A stretch of DNA of 64,000 bases from Thermoanaerobaculia bacterium (GTDB lineage Bacteria; Acidobacteriota; Thermoanaerobaculia; Multivoradales; UBA5704). The notes beneath the pieces are model-generated. The model did not search any database and was not told the origin of the DNA. It saw only the letters and a program-made list of their open reading frames with translations. The DNA is taken from assembly GCA_035940855.1 (NCBI GenBank), contig DASZEM010000046.1:34805-98804 (forward strand). The letters are read 5' to 3'. The position numbers and the translations under genes were made by a program. This document shows positions 46,164 through 55,562 of this stretch, in pieces. The stretch's first letter is position 1. The number at the start of each line of letters is the position of its first letter.

Positions 46164-47447
46164 CTATTCGTACCGAAGCGCCTCGATGGGATCGAGCGCC
46201 GCGGCCCGCGAGGCGGGATAGATCCCGGAAGCGAGCCCCACGGTCATGGCCACCCCGGTCGAGAGGAGGATGGAGGCGCCCGTGACGATCGTCTCCCAGC
46301 CCGCGTAGGCCGCCACGCCCCGGGCCAGGCCGAGCCCGGCCACGATGCCGGCCACGCCGCCAATCACGCTGATGGCGAACGACTCCACGATGAACTGGAA
46401 GCGGATGTCGCGGCTCCGGGCGCCCACGGCCCGGCGGACGCCGATCTCCCGCGTGCGCTCGAGCACCGTGGCCAGCATGATGTTCATGATGCCGATGCCG
46501 CCCACGAGGAGGGAGATGCCGGCGATGGCCCCCATGACCACGTTGAACAGCCGCTGCGTGCGCCGGCTCTCGGCCAGCAGGGCCTCGGGCACCACCAGCT
46601 CGTAGTCCTGCGCCCCGCCGTGCAGCCGGTCGAGCAGGTCGCGCATCACCGAGGAGGACTCCTGGCCGCTCACGCCGTCCTTCAGCCGGACGACGATTTC
46701 ATCCAGGGGCGAGGCCAGGTCCGGGTGCTCGAACTTGCGGTCGGCCGTGGAGAGCGGCAGGTAGATCTCGCGGCTCGCGGCGACGCCCACACCCGCGGTT
46801 GCCGCGGCGGCATCCCCCTCCCCTCCGCCGGCCTTGCCCGTGGCGCTCTTCGCCGGGGCGGCGTCCGCGCCGGCGAGCACACCGACCACCTCCAGCCAGA
46901 CGTCGTTGATCTTGACCAGCTTGCCCAGGGCCGGGCCGTAGCCGAAGAGGTCGCGTCGCACGGCCGGGCCGATGACGCAGACCTGCGCGTGCGTGGCCTC
47001 GTCCATGGGATCGAGGAAGCGCCCCTCGGCCAGGGCCAGGTGGGCGAGCCCGGCGTAGACGGGCGTGACGCCGTAGACGGCCGTGCCGTCGGCCTTGCCC
47101 GTGGGCGAGAGCACCTTGTAGGGATCGACGCGGATGCGCGGGGCCACCAGATCGACGCCGGGCACGGCCTCGGTGAGGGCCGCGGCGTCGCGCTGGGAGA
47201 CGCCCAGCGAGGTCTGACGGATCTCCTGGAGCTCGTCGTCCTTGAACGTCTTGGCCCGCACGAGGACGTTGCGCAGGCCGAGCCGCTCGATGGACGCCAG
47301 CGCCTGGCGCTCGGCCCCGGCGCCGATCGACATCATGGCGATCACGGCGCCCACGCCGAAGATCATGCCGAGCATGGTGAGCGCCGAGCGCAGCTTGTGG
47401 GCCGCGAGGTTGTCGAGGGCCGAGCGGAAGGCTTCCCGGGGAGTCAT
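46164..47447 (-). CDS. ABC-transporter permease, FtsX/MacB/DevC type
   Basis: 427 aa; MacB_PCD-like periplasmic domain; C-terminal FtsX 4-TM domain. Confidence 0.85.
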   Translation of the reverse strand: MTPREAFRSALDNLAAHKLRSALTMLGMIFGVGAVIAMMSIGAGAERQALASIERLGLRNVLVRAKTFKDDELQEIRQTSLGVSQRDAAALTEAVPGVDLVAPRIRVDPYKVLSPTGKADGTAVYGVTPVYAGLAHLALAEGRFLDPMDEATHAQVCVIGPAVRRDLFGYGPALGKLVKINDVWLEVVGVLAGADAAPAKSATGKAGGGEGDAAAATAGVGVAASREIYLPLSTADRKFEHPDLASPLDEIVVRLKDGVSGQESSSVMRDLLDRLHGGAQDYELVVPEALLAESRRTQRLFNVVMGAIAGISLLVGGIGIMNIMLATVLERTREIGVRRAVGARSRDIRFQFIVESFAISVIGGVAGIVAGLGLARGVAAYAGWETIVTGASILLSTGVAMTVGLASGIYPASRAAALDPIEALRYE

Positions 47448-48730
47448 CGGATGGTGATCATCACCCGCTGGCCGGAGCGCCGGGCGGGAGAGGCCGGCGG
47501 CGGCTTCGGAGGCTTGACCTCGGGTGTGCCCGCCGGCCGCGTGGGGTCGCGCATGGCCAGCACGTCCCCCTTCTGGATCCCCGATTCCACGACCACCCGG
47601 CCCATGGTGGAGGGCCCGAGCTTCACCGCGACGGGCTCGAAGCCGCCCCCCGCCTTGCGGCGGAAGACGACCGTGCGGCCCTCGCGGTCGAACACGGCCT
47701 GGCGCGGCGCGAGGAGGGCGTCCTTCTTCTCGTCGAGGCGGAGCACGGCCTGCACGCGCTGGCCTGGCTTCATCACCCGGGGGTCCGTCTTGTCGAGGGC
47801 CAGGGTGACGGCGAAGTACTGCACGGGCGAGCCGGGCACGCGCGGCTTGGCGAGCGCGTCCACGCGGGCGATGCGCGCCGGGTAGGAGACCCCGGGCGCG
47901 GACTCGACCGTGAGCGTGGCCGGCCGGCCCGGCTTCAGGCCTCCGGCGTCGGCCTCCAGCACGTAGACTTCAGCCTCCATGGTGGAGAGGTCCGGGATCT
48001 CGGCCAGCGGCTGGCCGTTCCACACGTTGTCGCCCACGCGGGTCGTCTCGCCCCGCCAATTGCGCTTGAGGATGAGCACGCCGTCGTGGGGCGCCGTCAC
48101 CGACAGGGCCTGGAGCCCCTGGCGGGCCTGCTGGATCTTGGCGTCCGCCTGGCGAACCTTGATTTGCAGCAGGGCGACCTCCGTGCCCGAGAGCCGCTGG
48201 CGCGTGCGTTGCGCGGCCTCGGCGTGGACCTCCCGCTCCCGGGCGAGCTCCTGGTCGATGTCGGACTCGATGATCTCGCTCTTCGAGAAGATGAGCGCGT
48301 CCTTCTTCTGGAACTGCCGGGCGTTCTCGACCTCGATCCGCGCCATGGCCGCGTCGCGCTCCAGCTTGCGCACCTCGGAGAGGCCATCGATCTGCTCCTT
48401 CTCCATCTTCAGCCGGGCTTCCCGGAGGTCGTCCCCGGCGTCGATGAGCCGCTTCTCGATGGCGCTCGGATCGAAGCGGATGACGACGTCTCCCTGCTTC
48501 ACCCGCGAGCCGTCCGGGGCCACCCAGCCGATGCGGAACGGCCCCGGCACGCCGGGCGGGACGGCGATGGGGGTCGCGCGCACGGCCTGCAGGTTCCCCT
48601 GGGCCGGCACCTGCCGCACGAAGTCCTGGGGCTCGACCTTCACCACCGGCACGTCGCCTTCGCTGGAGCGGGCCGCGGGCAGGAACGCCCCGAGAGCCAC
48701 GAGCAGCACGGCCACCGCGGCCAGGGCCAT
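47444..48730 (-). CDS. HlyD-family periplasmic adaptor, paralog 1
   Basis: Start MALAAVAVLLVALGAF (ATG 48730); TM anchor, coiled-coil, beta-barrel/lipoyl segments; ATGA overlap with the permease. Confidence 0.75.
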   Translation of the reverse strand: MALAAVAVLLVALGAFLPAARSSEGDVPVVKVEPQDFVRQVPAQGNLQAVRATPIAVPPGVPGPFRIGWVAPDGSRVKQGDVVIRFDPSAIEKRLIDAGDDLREARLKMEKEQIDGLSEVRKLERDAAMARIEVENARQFQKKDALIFSKSEIIESDIDQELAREREVHAEAAQRTRQRLSGTEVALLQIKVRQADAKIQQARQGLQALSVTAPHDGVLILKRNWRGETTRVGDNVWNGQPLAEIPDLSTMEAEVYVLEADAGGLKPGRPATLTVESAPGVSYPARIARVDALAKPRVPGSPVQYFAVTLALDKTDPRVMKPGQRVQAVLRLDEKKDALLAPRQAVFDREGRTVVFRRKAGGGFEPVAVKLGPSTMGRVVVESGIQKGDVLAMRDPTRPAGTPEVKPPKPPPASPARRSGQRVMITIR

Positions 48731-48747
48731 CAGCACGCGGGAGAGCC

Positions 48748-49989
48748 TCACCGGTCCTCCTCCGCCAAGTCGCGTTGGGAGATCTTGTCCCCCGGGGAAA
48801 GACCCTTCCGGATCTCGACCAGCCGCTCGTTGCGCCGCCCGAGCACGGGCCGCACCTCTTCCGTGCCCCAACCCTCGCGCCGGTAGACCACCGGCCCGTC
48901 CAGCCGGTTGAACACGGCGTCGGCCGGGGCCACCAGGGCCTTGGCGACCCGCTCGATCTCCACCGTGCCCGTGAAGCGCATGCCGGGACGCATGCGCTGG
49001 GAATCGGTGCGGTCGAGATCGATCTCCAGCTTGACGACCTTCAAGGGGTTGATCTCCGACTTGTTCCGGACGGCGCCGCCGATCGAGCGCACCCGGCCCG
49101 TGAACATGTCGTCCGGATGGGCGTCGAGCCGCAGCGTCACGCGCTGGCCCACGGCCACGCGCCCGGCGTCGGCCTCGTCGATCTCACCTTCAGCTTTCAT
49201 CGTGCGCAGATCCGGGATCTCGAGGATCGACTGCCCGCGCCACGCCGAGTCGCCCACCTTCTTCTTCTCGCCCTGGCCGGTGTCCACGTAGACCACCGTG
49301 CCGTCCCGAGGGGCGGTCACGGTCATGCGGCGGATGGCTTCCTCCATCTCCCGCACGCGGGCGGCGGCGCGGTCGCGCCGGTTCGTCAGGGCCCCGAGCT
49401 CGGAAGCCGCCTGGAGCTTCTGGAGGCGCGATTTTTCCTTGAGGTACTTGATCTCGCGGACGGCCAGCGCCAGCTCCTCGCGCGACTTGGCGAGCTCCTT
49501 GGAGGCCACGAGGTCGGCCGGCACGTCCACCTTGAGCCGGGCCTTGCGTTCCCGGGCCTCGGCCTCGGCCAGCTCCAACTCGGCGTCGCGGCGGGAGATC
49601 TCCAGGTTCGTCTGGCGCTTCTCGAGCTCCTTCTGGGCCGAGTCGCGCTCGGCCTGCTTGTCGAGCAGCTCGCGCTCCAGCTCCGAGGTGTCGAACCCCA
49701 GAACGGGCTCGCCGGCCCGCACCTGCGCTCCCTCGGGCGCCATGAAGGCGATCTTGTAGTCCCAGACCTCCTGGATCTGGGGCGGGCCGATGCGCACCGA
49801 CTGCACCGAGGCGAGCGTGCCCGAGACGGGCGCGCCGATCACCAGGTCCTCCCGCCGCACCTCGGTCCAGCCCCCGGCGGCCGTGGCCGAGGCCCGGCCC
49901 GCCACCAACCAGAGGACGAGGCCGACGAGGATCAGGAGCGCCCCGCCGCTCGCGGCCATGCGGGCCATCCTCCGGCGCCGGGGACTCAT
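48748..49989 (-). CDS. HlyD-family periplasmic adaptor, paralog 2
   Basis: Start MSPRRRRMARMAASGGALLILVGLVLWLV (ATG 49989); same architecture. Confidence 0.75.
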   Translation of the reverse strand: MSPRRRRMARMAASGGALLILVGLVLWLVAGRASATAAGGWTEVRREDLVIGAPVSGTLASVQSVRIGPPQIQEVWDYKIAFMAPEGAQVRAGEPVLGFDTSELERELLDKQAERDSAQKELEKRQTNLEISRRDAELELAEAEARERKARLKVDVPADLVASKELAKSREELALAVREIKYLKEKSRLQKLQAASELGALTNRRDRAAARVREMEEAIRRMTVTAPRDGTVVYVDTGQGEKKKVGDSAWRGQSILEIPDLRTMKAEGEIDEADAGRVAVGQRVTLRLDAHPDDMFTGRVRSIGGAVRNKSEINPLKVVKLEIDLDRTDSQRMRPGMRFTGTVEIERVAKALVAPADAVFNRLDGPVVYRREGWGTEEVRPVLGRRNERLVEIRKGLSPGDKISQRDLAEEDR

Positions 49990-51212
49990 CCTGTCCTCCC
50001 GTCTCGAGTCCGGAGGCGCGTCCCGTCCTTCAGGCCGCTCTCGACCAGGCACTCCTCGGCCGCGCACGGGCCGAGCCGCACGTCCGCGGCGCCGCCGCCG
50101 GCCAGGAGCGCCCGCGTGCGGCCGCCCGAGAAGTCCAGGGCCGCCCGCGGCACGAGCAGAGCGTTCTTCATCTCCGGCCCCAGCACCTCGACCCGCACCG
50201 ACATGCCTGGGCGCATGCGCCGCGAGTCGGATTTGTCGAGGGCGATCCGCACGGGGAAGTAGCGCAGCAGGGGGCTCCGCTTCGACTCGCGGGCCACGGG
50301 CGAGATCTCCGCCACCCGGCCGCGGTAGGCCGCCGTGGGATAGGCGTCGAGGGTGCAGAGCACCTCCATACCCGGGGCGATGCGGCCGTCGTCCACGTCG
50401 GAAAGGCTGGCCTGGACGATCATGGAGGAGAGGTCCGGCAGCGTCGCGACCGTCATCCCCACCCACACGGAATCACCCAACTGGAGCTTGCGGCCCTCCC
50501 ACGGATGGTCGGCCACGAGCACCATGCCGTCCCGGGGGGCCTTGAGGGTGAGGGCTGTGATCGCCTCCTCGGCATCGCGGATCTCGCGGTGCGACTTGTC
50601 GAGGGAGATCCCCTGGATCTGGAGGTCCGTGGCGCCCCCCTTCTTCTGGGCCGCGAGGTCCTCCTGGGCCTTGGCGAGCTCGGACTCGGCGCGCTTCAGG
50701 GCGAGCTGGCGCTCCTGGTACTCACGCAGCGAGAGGAGGTCCTTGGGGATGGCTGCCGCGAGCCGGGCCTTCTCGAGCTCCGACTTCGCCTTCTCCACCG
50801 CGAACTGCTTGTCGGCCAGCGTGGTCTTCGACTCGGCCTGGGCGCGCTCCAGGTCGCTCCCCGCGTTCGAGGCGGTGAGGCGCTTCTCTTCGAGATCGGA
50901 GGCGAACTGCGAGTTGTCGAACGCCACCACGGGATCGCCCGCCCGGACCAGCGTGCCGTCCTCGGCCATCCAGCGGATCTGGAGCTGAAACTGGTTCGTG
51001 CGCGGCACCGTCAGTGCCTCGCCCTTCTCCGCCGCCAGCTCGCCCGTGAGCAGCACCCGCTGGCGGAACGTGCCGCGGTGGACGGCGAGCTCATCCTCCC
51101 CCTGCCCGGCGTCGGCGCGCGCGCCCGTCCCGGAGCACCCCGCGAGGGGCGCCAGGCAGGCCAGGCCCGCGACGAGGACAACAAGAGCGAGGATCGGTCT
51201 CAATCCAGTCAT
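49986..51212 (-). CDS. HlyD-family periplasmic adaptor, paralog 3
   Basis: Start MTGLRPILALVVLVAGLACLAPLAGC (ATG 51212, RBS GAAGGA); ATGA overlap with paralog 2. Confidence 0.75.
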   Translation of the reverse strand: MTGLRPILALVVLVAGLACLAPLAGCSGTGARADAGQGEDELAVHRGTFRQRVLLTGELAAEKGEALTVPRTNQFQLQIRWMAEDGTLVRAGDPVVAFDNSQFASDLEEKRLTASNAGSDLERAQAESKTTLADKQFAVEKAKSELEKARLAAAIPKDLLSLREYQERQLALKRAESELAKAQEDLAAQKKGGATDLQIQGISLDKSHREIRDAEEAITALTLKAPRDGMVLVADHPWEGRKLQLGDSVWVGMTVATLPDLSSMIVQASLSDVDDGRIAPGMEVLCTLDAYPTAAYRGRVAEISPVARESKRSPLLRYFPVRIALDKSDSRRMRPGMSVRVEVLGPEMKNALLVPRAALDFSGGRTRALLAGGGAADVRLGPCAAEECLVESGLKDGTRLRTRDGRTG

Positions 51213-51332
51213 TCCTTCAATAGGAACGTATACGGCAGGAGCGTATTCCTGTCCAGAGGGCGAACCCGCCCCCCTCACGTCCCCATCCCTATAGATACGG
51301 ATGAGGGCCGAAAGGTTCCTCAGTCCCCGGCC

Positions 51333-51941
51333 CTACCGCGTCCCGAAATCCACCTGCGGAGCCCTCTCCGAGCCGGGCTGGGCCTCGAAGTACGGCCGCG
51401 GCTGGAAGCCCATCATCCCCGCGAACAGGGCCGCCGGGAAGCGCCGGATGCGAGTGTTGTAGTCCTGGGCCACCTGGTTGAAGTTGCGGCGCTCGACGGC
51501 GATGCGGTTTTCCGTGCCCTCGAGCTGCACCTGGAGGTCGCGGAAGGCCTGGACGGCCTGGAGCTGCGGATACTGCTCGACCACCACCATCAGGCGGCTC
51601 AAGGCCGAGGAGAGCTGGTCCTGGGCCTGCTGGAACTGCTGGAACTTCTGGGGATCGTTGAGGATCTCGTTCGTGGCCTGCGGCGTGAGCTGTCCCACGC
51701 GGCTGCGGGCCTCGATCACCTCCCGCAGGGTGGTCTGCTCGAAGTTGGCCGCGCCCTTGACGGTCGCCACCAGGTTGGGGATCAGGTCGGCCCGGCGCTG
51801 GTAGACGTTCTGCACGTTCGCCCACTGGGTCTCCACGGCCTGCTGGGAGCCCACGAGGCCGTTGTAGACGCCCACGAGATACATCCCGAAGATCACGACC
51901 GCCACCACCAGGGCGATCAGGCAACCCATTCCCTTTTTCAT
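51333..51941 (-). CDS. lemA: LemA family protein
   Basis: 202 aa; N-terminal TM helix, then conserved LemA core (YNGLV...[14 protein letters not shown]...). Confidence 0.85.
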   Translation of the reverse strand: MKKGMGCLIALVVAVVIFGMYLVGVYNGLVGSQQAVETQWANVQNVYQRRADLIPNLVATVKGAANFEQTTLREVIEARSRVGQLTPQATNEILNDPQKFQQFQQAQDQLSSALSRLMVVVEQYPQLQAVQAFRDLQVQLEGTENRIAVERRNFNQVAQDYNTRIRRFPAALFAGMMGFQPRPYFEAQPGSERAPQVDFGTR

Positions 51942-52162
51942 CGCTTCCTCCAGAGAGGCGCCTCAGAGGGCGCGGGGAGATCATATCGCGAGCCCTCACC
52001 TCCCCGGCCCTCCTCTCCCGGCCCGCCGTCCACCCTTCCTGGGAGAGGAGGGAGAAAGGCAAGAACCTTTCTCTCCATCTCCCCTCTCTCCCTGGTGGGC
52101 GGTTGGAGGGCCGGGAGAGAGGGGCCGGGGGAGTGAGGGGTTCATGCTACATTTCCCGCCGC

Positions 52163-52957
52163 ATGAGGGCCTACCTGGACCTGCTCCAGCACATCCTGGA
52201 CCACGGGGTGCGGAAGTCCGACCGCACGGGCACCGGCACCCTCTCGGTGTTCGGCTACCAGATGCGGTTCGACCTTTCCCAGGGATTCCCCCTGCTGACC
52301 ACCAAGAGGCTCCACCTGCGCTCGATCATCCACGAGCTCCTCTGGTTCCTGGCCGGCGACACCAACGTCCGCTATCTGCGCGAAAACGGCGTGACCATCT
52401 GGGACGAGTGGGCGGACGCGGACGGCGAGCTCGGCCCCATCTACGGCGCGCAGTGGCGCTCCTGGCCCACGCCGGACGGCGGCCACGTCGACCAGATCTC
52501 CCGCGTGATCGAGCAGATCCGCGTGAACCCGGACTCCCGCCGCCACATCGTGAGCGCCTGGAACGTGGCCGACCTGGACGACATGGCCCTCCCCCCCTGC
52601 CACGCCCTGTTCCAGTTCTGGGTGGCCGAAGGACGCCTCTCCTGCCAGCTCTACCAGCGCAGCGCCGACGTCTTCCTGGGCGTGCCGTTTAACATCGCCT
52701 CCTACGCCCTGCTGACGATGATGGTGGCCCAGGCCTGCGATCTTGAGCCCGCCGACTTCGTCCACACCCTGGGGGACGCCCATCTCTATCTCAACCACCT
52801 GGACCAGGCCCGGCTCCAGCTCACCCGCGAGCCCCGGCCGCTGCCCACGATGACGATCAACCCCGAGCGGAAGAGCCTCTTCGACTTCCGGTACGAGGAC
52901 TTCACGCTCGGCGGCTACGATCCCCACCCGGCCATCAAGGCGCCCATCGCAGTATGA
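52163..52957 (+). CDS. thyA: Thymidylate synthase
   Basis: Start [12 protein letters not shown]...; catalytic Cys motif [11 protein letters not shown]; DRTGTGT. Confidence 0.9.
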   Translation: MRAYLDLLQHILDHGVRKSDRTGTGTLSVFGYQMRFDLSQGFPLLTTKRLHLRSIIHELLWFLAGDTNVRYLRENGVTIWDEWADADGELGPIYGAQWRSWPTPDGGHVDQISRVIEQIRVNPDSRRHIVSAWNVADLDDMALPPCHALFQFWVAEGRLSCQLYQRSADVFLGVPFNIASYALLTMMVAQACDLEPADFVHTLGDAHLYLNHLDQARLQLTREPRPLPTMTINPERKSLFDFRYEDFTLGGYDPHPAIKAPIAV

Positions 52958-53463
52958 GGAAGTCACCGAGGGTGTCCCTGATCGCGGCCATGGCGGAGAA
53001 CCGGGCCATCGGGATCGACAACCGCCTCCCCTGGCGCCTGCCGGCGGACCTCAAACGCTTCAAGGCCCTCACGATGGGCCACACGCTCATCGTGGGCCGG
53101 AAGACCTTCGAGTCGATCGGCCGTCCGTTGCCGGGGCGGAAGATGATCGTGGTCACCCGGCGGCCGGACTACGCCCCGCCCGGCGTCGAGGTGGCCCATT
53201 CCGTCGAAGAGGCGCTCGCGGAGGCTCAGGGTGAGGTCTTCATCGGCGGCGGCGAGGAGATCTTCCGCCAGACCCTGGACCGCGCCGGCCGGGTCTACCT
53301 GACCTGCATCCAGAAGGAGTTCCCCGGGGACGCCTTCTTCCCCGAGCTCGACCGATCCTCCTGGTGCCTCGTCGAAAAAGAGGACCACGCGCCCACGGTC
53401 GAGACTCCCTTCGCCTACAGCTTCCGCGTGTACGACCGGATCCGGGAGGAGAGCGAAGCTTGA
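52954..53463 (+). CDS. folA: Dihydrofolate reductase
   Basis: 169 aa; [12 protein letters not shown]...LPW; 4-nt overlap with thyA. Confidence 0.9.
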   Translation: MRKSPRVSLIAAMAENRAIGIDNRLPWRLPADLKRFKALTMGHTLIVGRKTFESIGRPLPGRKMIVVTRRPDYAPPGVEVAHSVEEALAEAQGEVFIGGGEEIFRQTLDRAGRVYLTCIQKEFPGDAFFPELDRSSWCLVEKEDHAPTVETPFAYSFRVYDRIREESEA

Positions 53464-53969
53464 GGATTCCCTGCCGCTGCTGGCTGCCGTCGATCGTACT
53501 TCTCAGCGTCCTTGCCGGCTGCCGGCGCAACGAGGCGCCCCAGGACGTCAACGCCACGGCCAAGGTCCGCAAGGCGCGGATCTTCCTGATCGCCATCGAG
53601 GACCACGGCTCCGCCGGCCCGGCCGTCGGCTGCGGCGACAGCGCCGTGCCCGTCGAAGCCGATCTGCCGGCCCCGTCGCCCGCCCTGTGGGGATCGCTGG
53701 AGACCCTCCTCTCCGCCGGCAAGCGCTATGAGAGCGCCGGCTTCTACAACGCCTTGGCCAACTCCCCCCTGCGCGTCGAGCGGATCGACCGCTCCGGATC
53801 GACGGTGCGCATCTACCTCAACGGCTACCTGGAGATCGGCGGCGAGTGCGACAGCCCCCGGGTGCTCTCCCAGCTCACCGAGACGGCCACCCAGTTCCCG
53901 GACGTGGAAAAGGCCGAGATCTTCCTCGACGGCAAGCCGCTGGAACGACTGTTGTCAGGAAAGGGATAG
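53460..53969 (+). CDS. GerMN-domain lipoprotein
   Basis: TTG 53460 overlapping the folA stop gives signal + lipobox (…SIVLLSVLAG-C); C-terminal GerMN-like region (VRIYLNGYLEIGGECDSPRVLSQLTETATQFPDVEKAEIFLDGKPL). Confidence 0.55.
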   Translation: MRIPCRCWLPSIVLLSVLAGCRRNEAPQDVNATAKVRKARIFLIAIEDHGSAGPAVGCGDSAVPVEADLPAPSPALWGSLETLLSAGKRYESAGFYNALANSPLRVERIDRSGSTVRIYLNGYLEIGGECDSPRVLSQLTETATQFPDVEKAEIFLDGKPLERLLSGKG

Positions 53970-54078
53970 GGCCGCCCGGGATTCTAATAAAATTTCAGGA
54001 CAAGGAGAACGGCGTAGCGGCAGGCGAGGCCAGGAGAGGGACGGGGACGAGCCCCGCCCCTGAGAGCGGAAGACCCGC

Positions 54079-54255
54079 TCAGTCCTTGACGCACTTGCAG
54101 CAGTCCGGGGGCGTCAGCTTCGGGTGCTGGCCCGTCGGGCAGGCCTCGCAACGGACGAGCGAGCAGTCCACCTGCTGCGCCGTGGCAGGAACCGAAAGCT
54201 GAGTGACGCCCAGGGCGCCGGCGAAGGCGAGACCCGCGAGAAGCATTCTCTTCAC
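54079..54255 (-). CDS. Secreted cysteine-rich mini-protein (58 aa precursor; ~32-aa mature peptide with 6 Cys)
   Basis: GTG 54255 with RBS AGGAG 6 nt upstream; signal MKRMLLAGLAFAGALGVTQLSVPATA; mature QQVDCSLVRCEACPTGQHPKLTPPDCCKCVKD (C-x4-C-x2-C...CC-x-C). Confidence 0.5.
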   Translation of the reverse strand: MKRMLLAGLAFAGALGVTQLSVPATAQQVDCSLVRCEACPTGQHPKLTPPDCCKCVKD

Positions 54256-54348
54256 AATGTGCTCCTTCTGTTGAAACCCGGCAGGAGCCTCCATGGTCCC
54301 CTGCCGCGGAAAGAAACGGCGGCACAGCCGCCATCCCCTCACGAACTT

Positions 54349-54390
54349 GAAAAAAGACCGCCGGCCGCACCGTTCGGCGGTGCGGCCGGC
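54349..54390 (-). terminator. Rho-independent terminator (13-bp GC stem, TTCGG loop, T-run TCTTTTTT on the minus strand) downstream of the galE-like gene
   Basis: Stem 54360-54372 / 54378-54390; A-run 54349-54355 on the plus strand. Confidence 0.6.
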
Positions 54391-54552
54391 CGGTTGAATA
54401 GGAGAGAGAGGGAGTGATGAACCCTCGCTCTCGGGGGAGCTGTGTTGGGGGATGCTGCGCTGGTGCTGCTACAACCCCGTGGCCGGGAGCGAACGGTCCC
54501 CGGCGCACGACTCAAGAAGTGCGGCAAGGATTGAAAAGCGGGACACTCCCCA

Positions 54553-55512
54553 TCACTTCCCGACCGCCACCTCCGCCCGCTCGCGGAACCACGCCGTTGT
54601 GCGGCCGATGCCCTCCCGCAAAGGCAGGGGCTCGGGAAGCCCCAGCTCCCGCCGGCCGAGGCTTCCATCCACCACGGAACGCTGCTGCTCGCCGGGCTTC
54701 GCCGGGCCGTGCGTGGCTTGGGCGTCCGTGTCCACGGCGCGGGCGATCTCCTGGTAGAGATCGACCACGGAGGTCTCGATGCCCGTGCCCACGTTGTAGA
54801 TGTGGAAGCCGGGCCGCCCCGCCGCCGCCAGGTTGGCGCGCACCACGTCGGAGACGTGGACGTAGTCGCGGGTCTGGAGGCCGGGACCGTTGATCGTGGG
54901 CACCTGCCCCGCCAGCAGGCGGTTGAGGAAGATGGCCACCACCCCGGCCTCGCCATGGGGGTTCTGCCGCTCGCCGTAGACGTTGGCGTAGCGCAGGCAG
55001 GTGGCGTTCAGGCCGTAGGTGACGTGGTAGTAGAACAGGTAGTGCTCGAACGCCAGCTTGGAGATGCCATACGGTGAGATCGGCCGGGCCGGGTGCTTCT
55101 CGTCGGCCGGAAAGTAGTCCTGCTCGCCGTAGATCGCCCCGCCCGTGGAGGCGAACAGGATCTGCCGGACACCGCCCCGGCGGGCCGCCTCGGCCAGGTT
55201 CAGGCTCCCCAGGATGTTCACGTCGGCGTCGAAGACGGGGTCTTCCACCGAGCGGCGCACGTCCATCTGCGCGGCGTGGTGGACGAGGATCTCGATCCCG
55301 CCCTCGCGTACCAGTTCCGCCGCCTCCTTGGAGCGGACGTCCAGGACGTGCAGCTCCGCGCCCGCGGGCACGTTCTCCCGCCGTCCTCCGGAAAGATTGT
55401 CGATGATCAGCACCCGGCGCCCCTCGGCGAGAAAGGCGTCGGCCAAATGGGAGCCGATGAACCCGGCCCCTCCCGTGATGCAGACGGTTCCCTTGGTTGG
55501 CTCGTTCTTCAT
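54553..55512 (-). CDS. NAD-dependent sugar epimerase (UDP-glucose 4-epimerase-like)
   Basis: 319 aa; ITGGAGFIGSHL; catalytic YxxxK (PYGISKLAFEHY). Confidence 0.8.
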   Translation of the reverse strand: MKNEPTKGTVCITGGAGFIGSHLADAFLAEGRRVLIIDNLSGGRRENVPAGAELHVLDVRSKEAAELVREGGIEILVHHAAQMDVRRSVEDPVFDADVNILGSLNLAEAARRGGVRQILFASTGGAIYGEQDYFPADEKHPARPISPYGISKLAFEHYLFYYHVTYGLNATCLRYANVYGERQNPHGEAGVVAIFLNRLLAGQVPTINGPGLQTRDYVHVSDVVRANLAAAGRPGFHIYNVGTGIETSVVDLYQEIARAVDTDAQATHGPAKPGEQQRSVVDGSLGRRELGLPEPLPLREGIGRTTAWFRERAEVAVGK

Positions 55513-55562
55513 GGCGACCGGAGCTTATAGCAAGCGGCGCGCCAGGACGCCTGAAGGAAGGC

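Noticed and set aside
54414-54893. 159-aa plus-strand ORF preceded by a striking polypurine GGAGAGAGAGGGAG
   Set aside because: Two thirds of it overlaps the 3' end of the galE-like gene on the opposite strand, and the translation is Arg/Pro/Gly low-complexity. The polypurine tract is more likely part of the terminator or intergenic structure.
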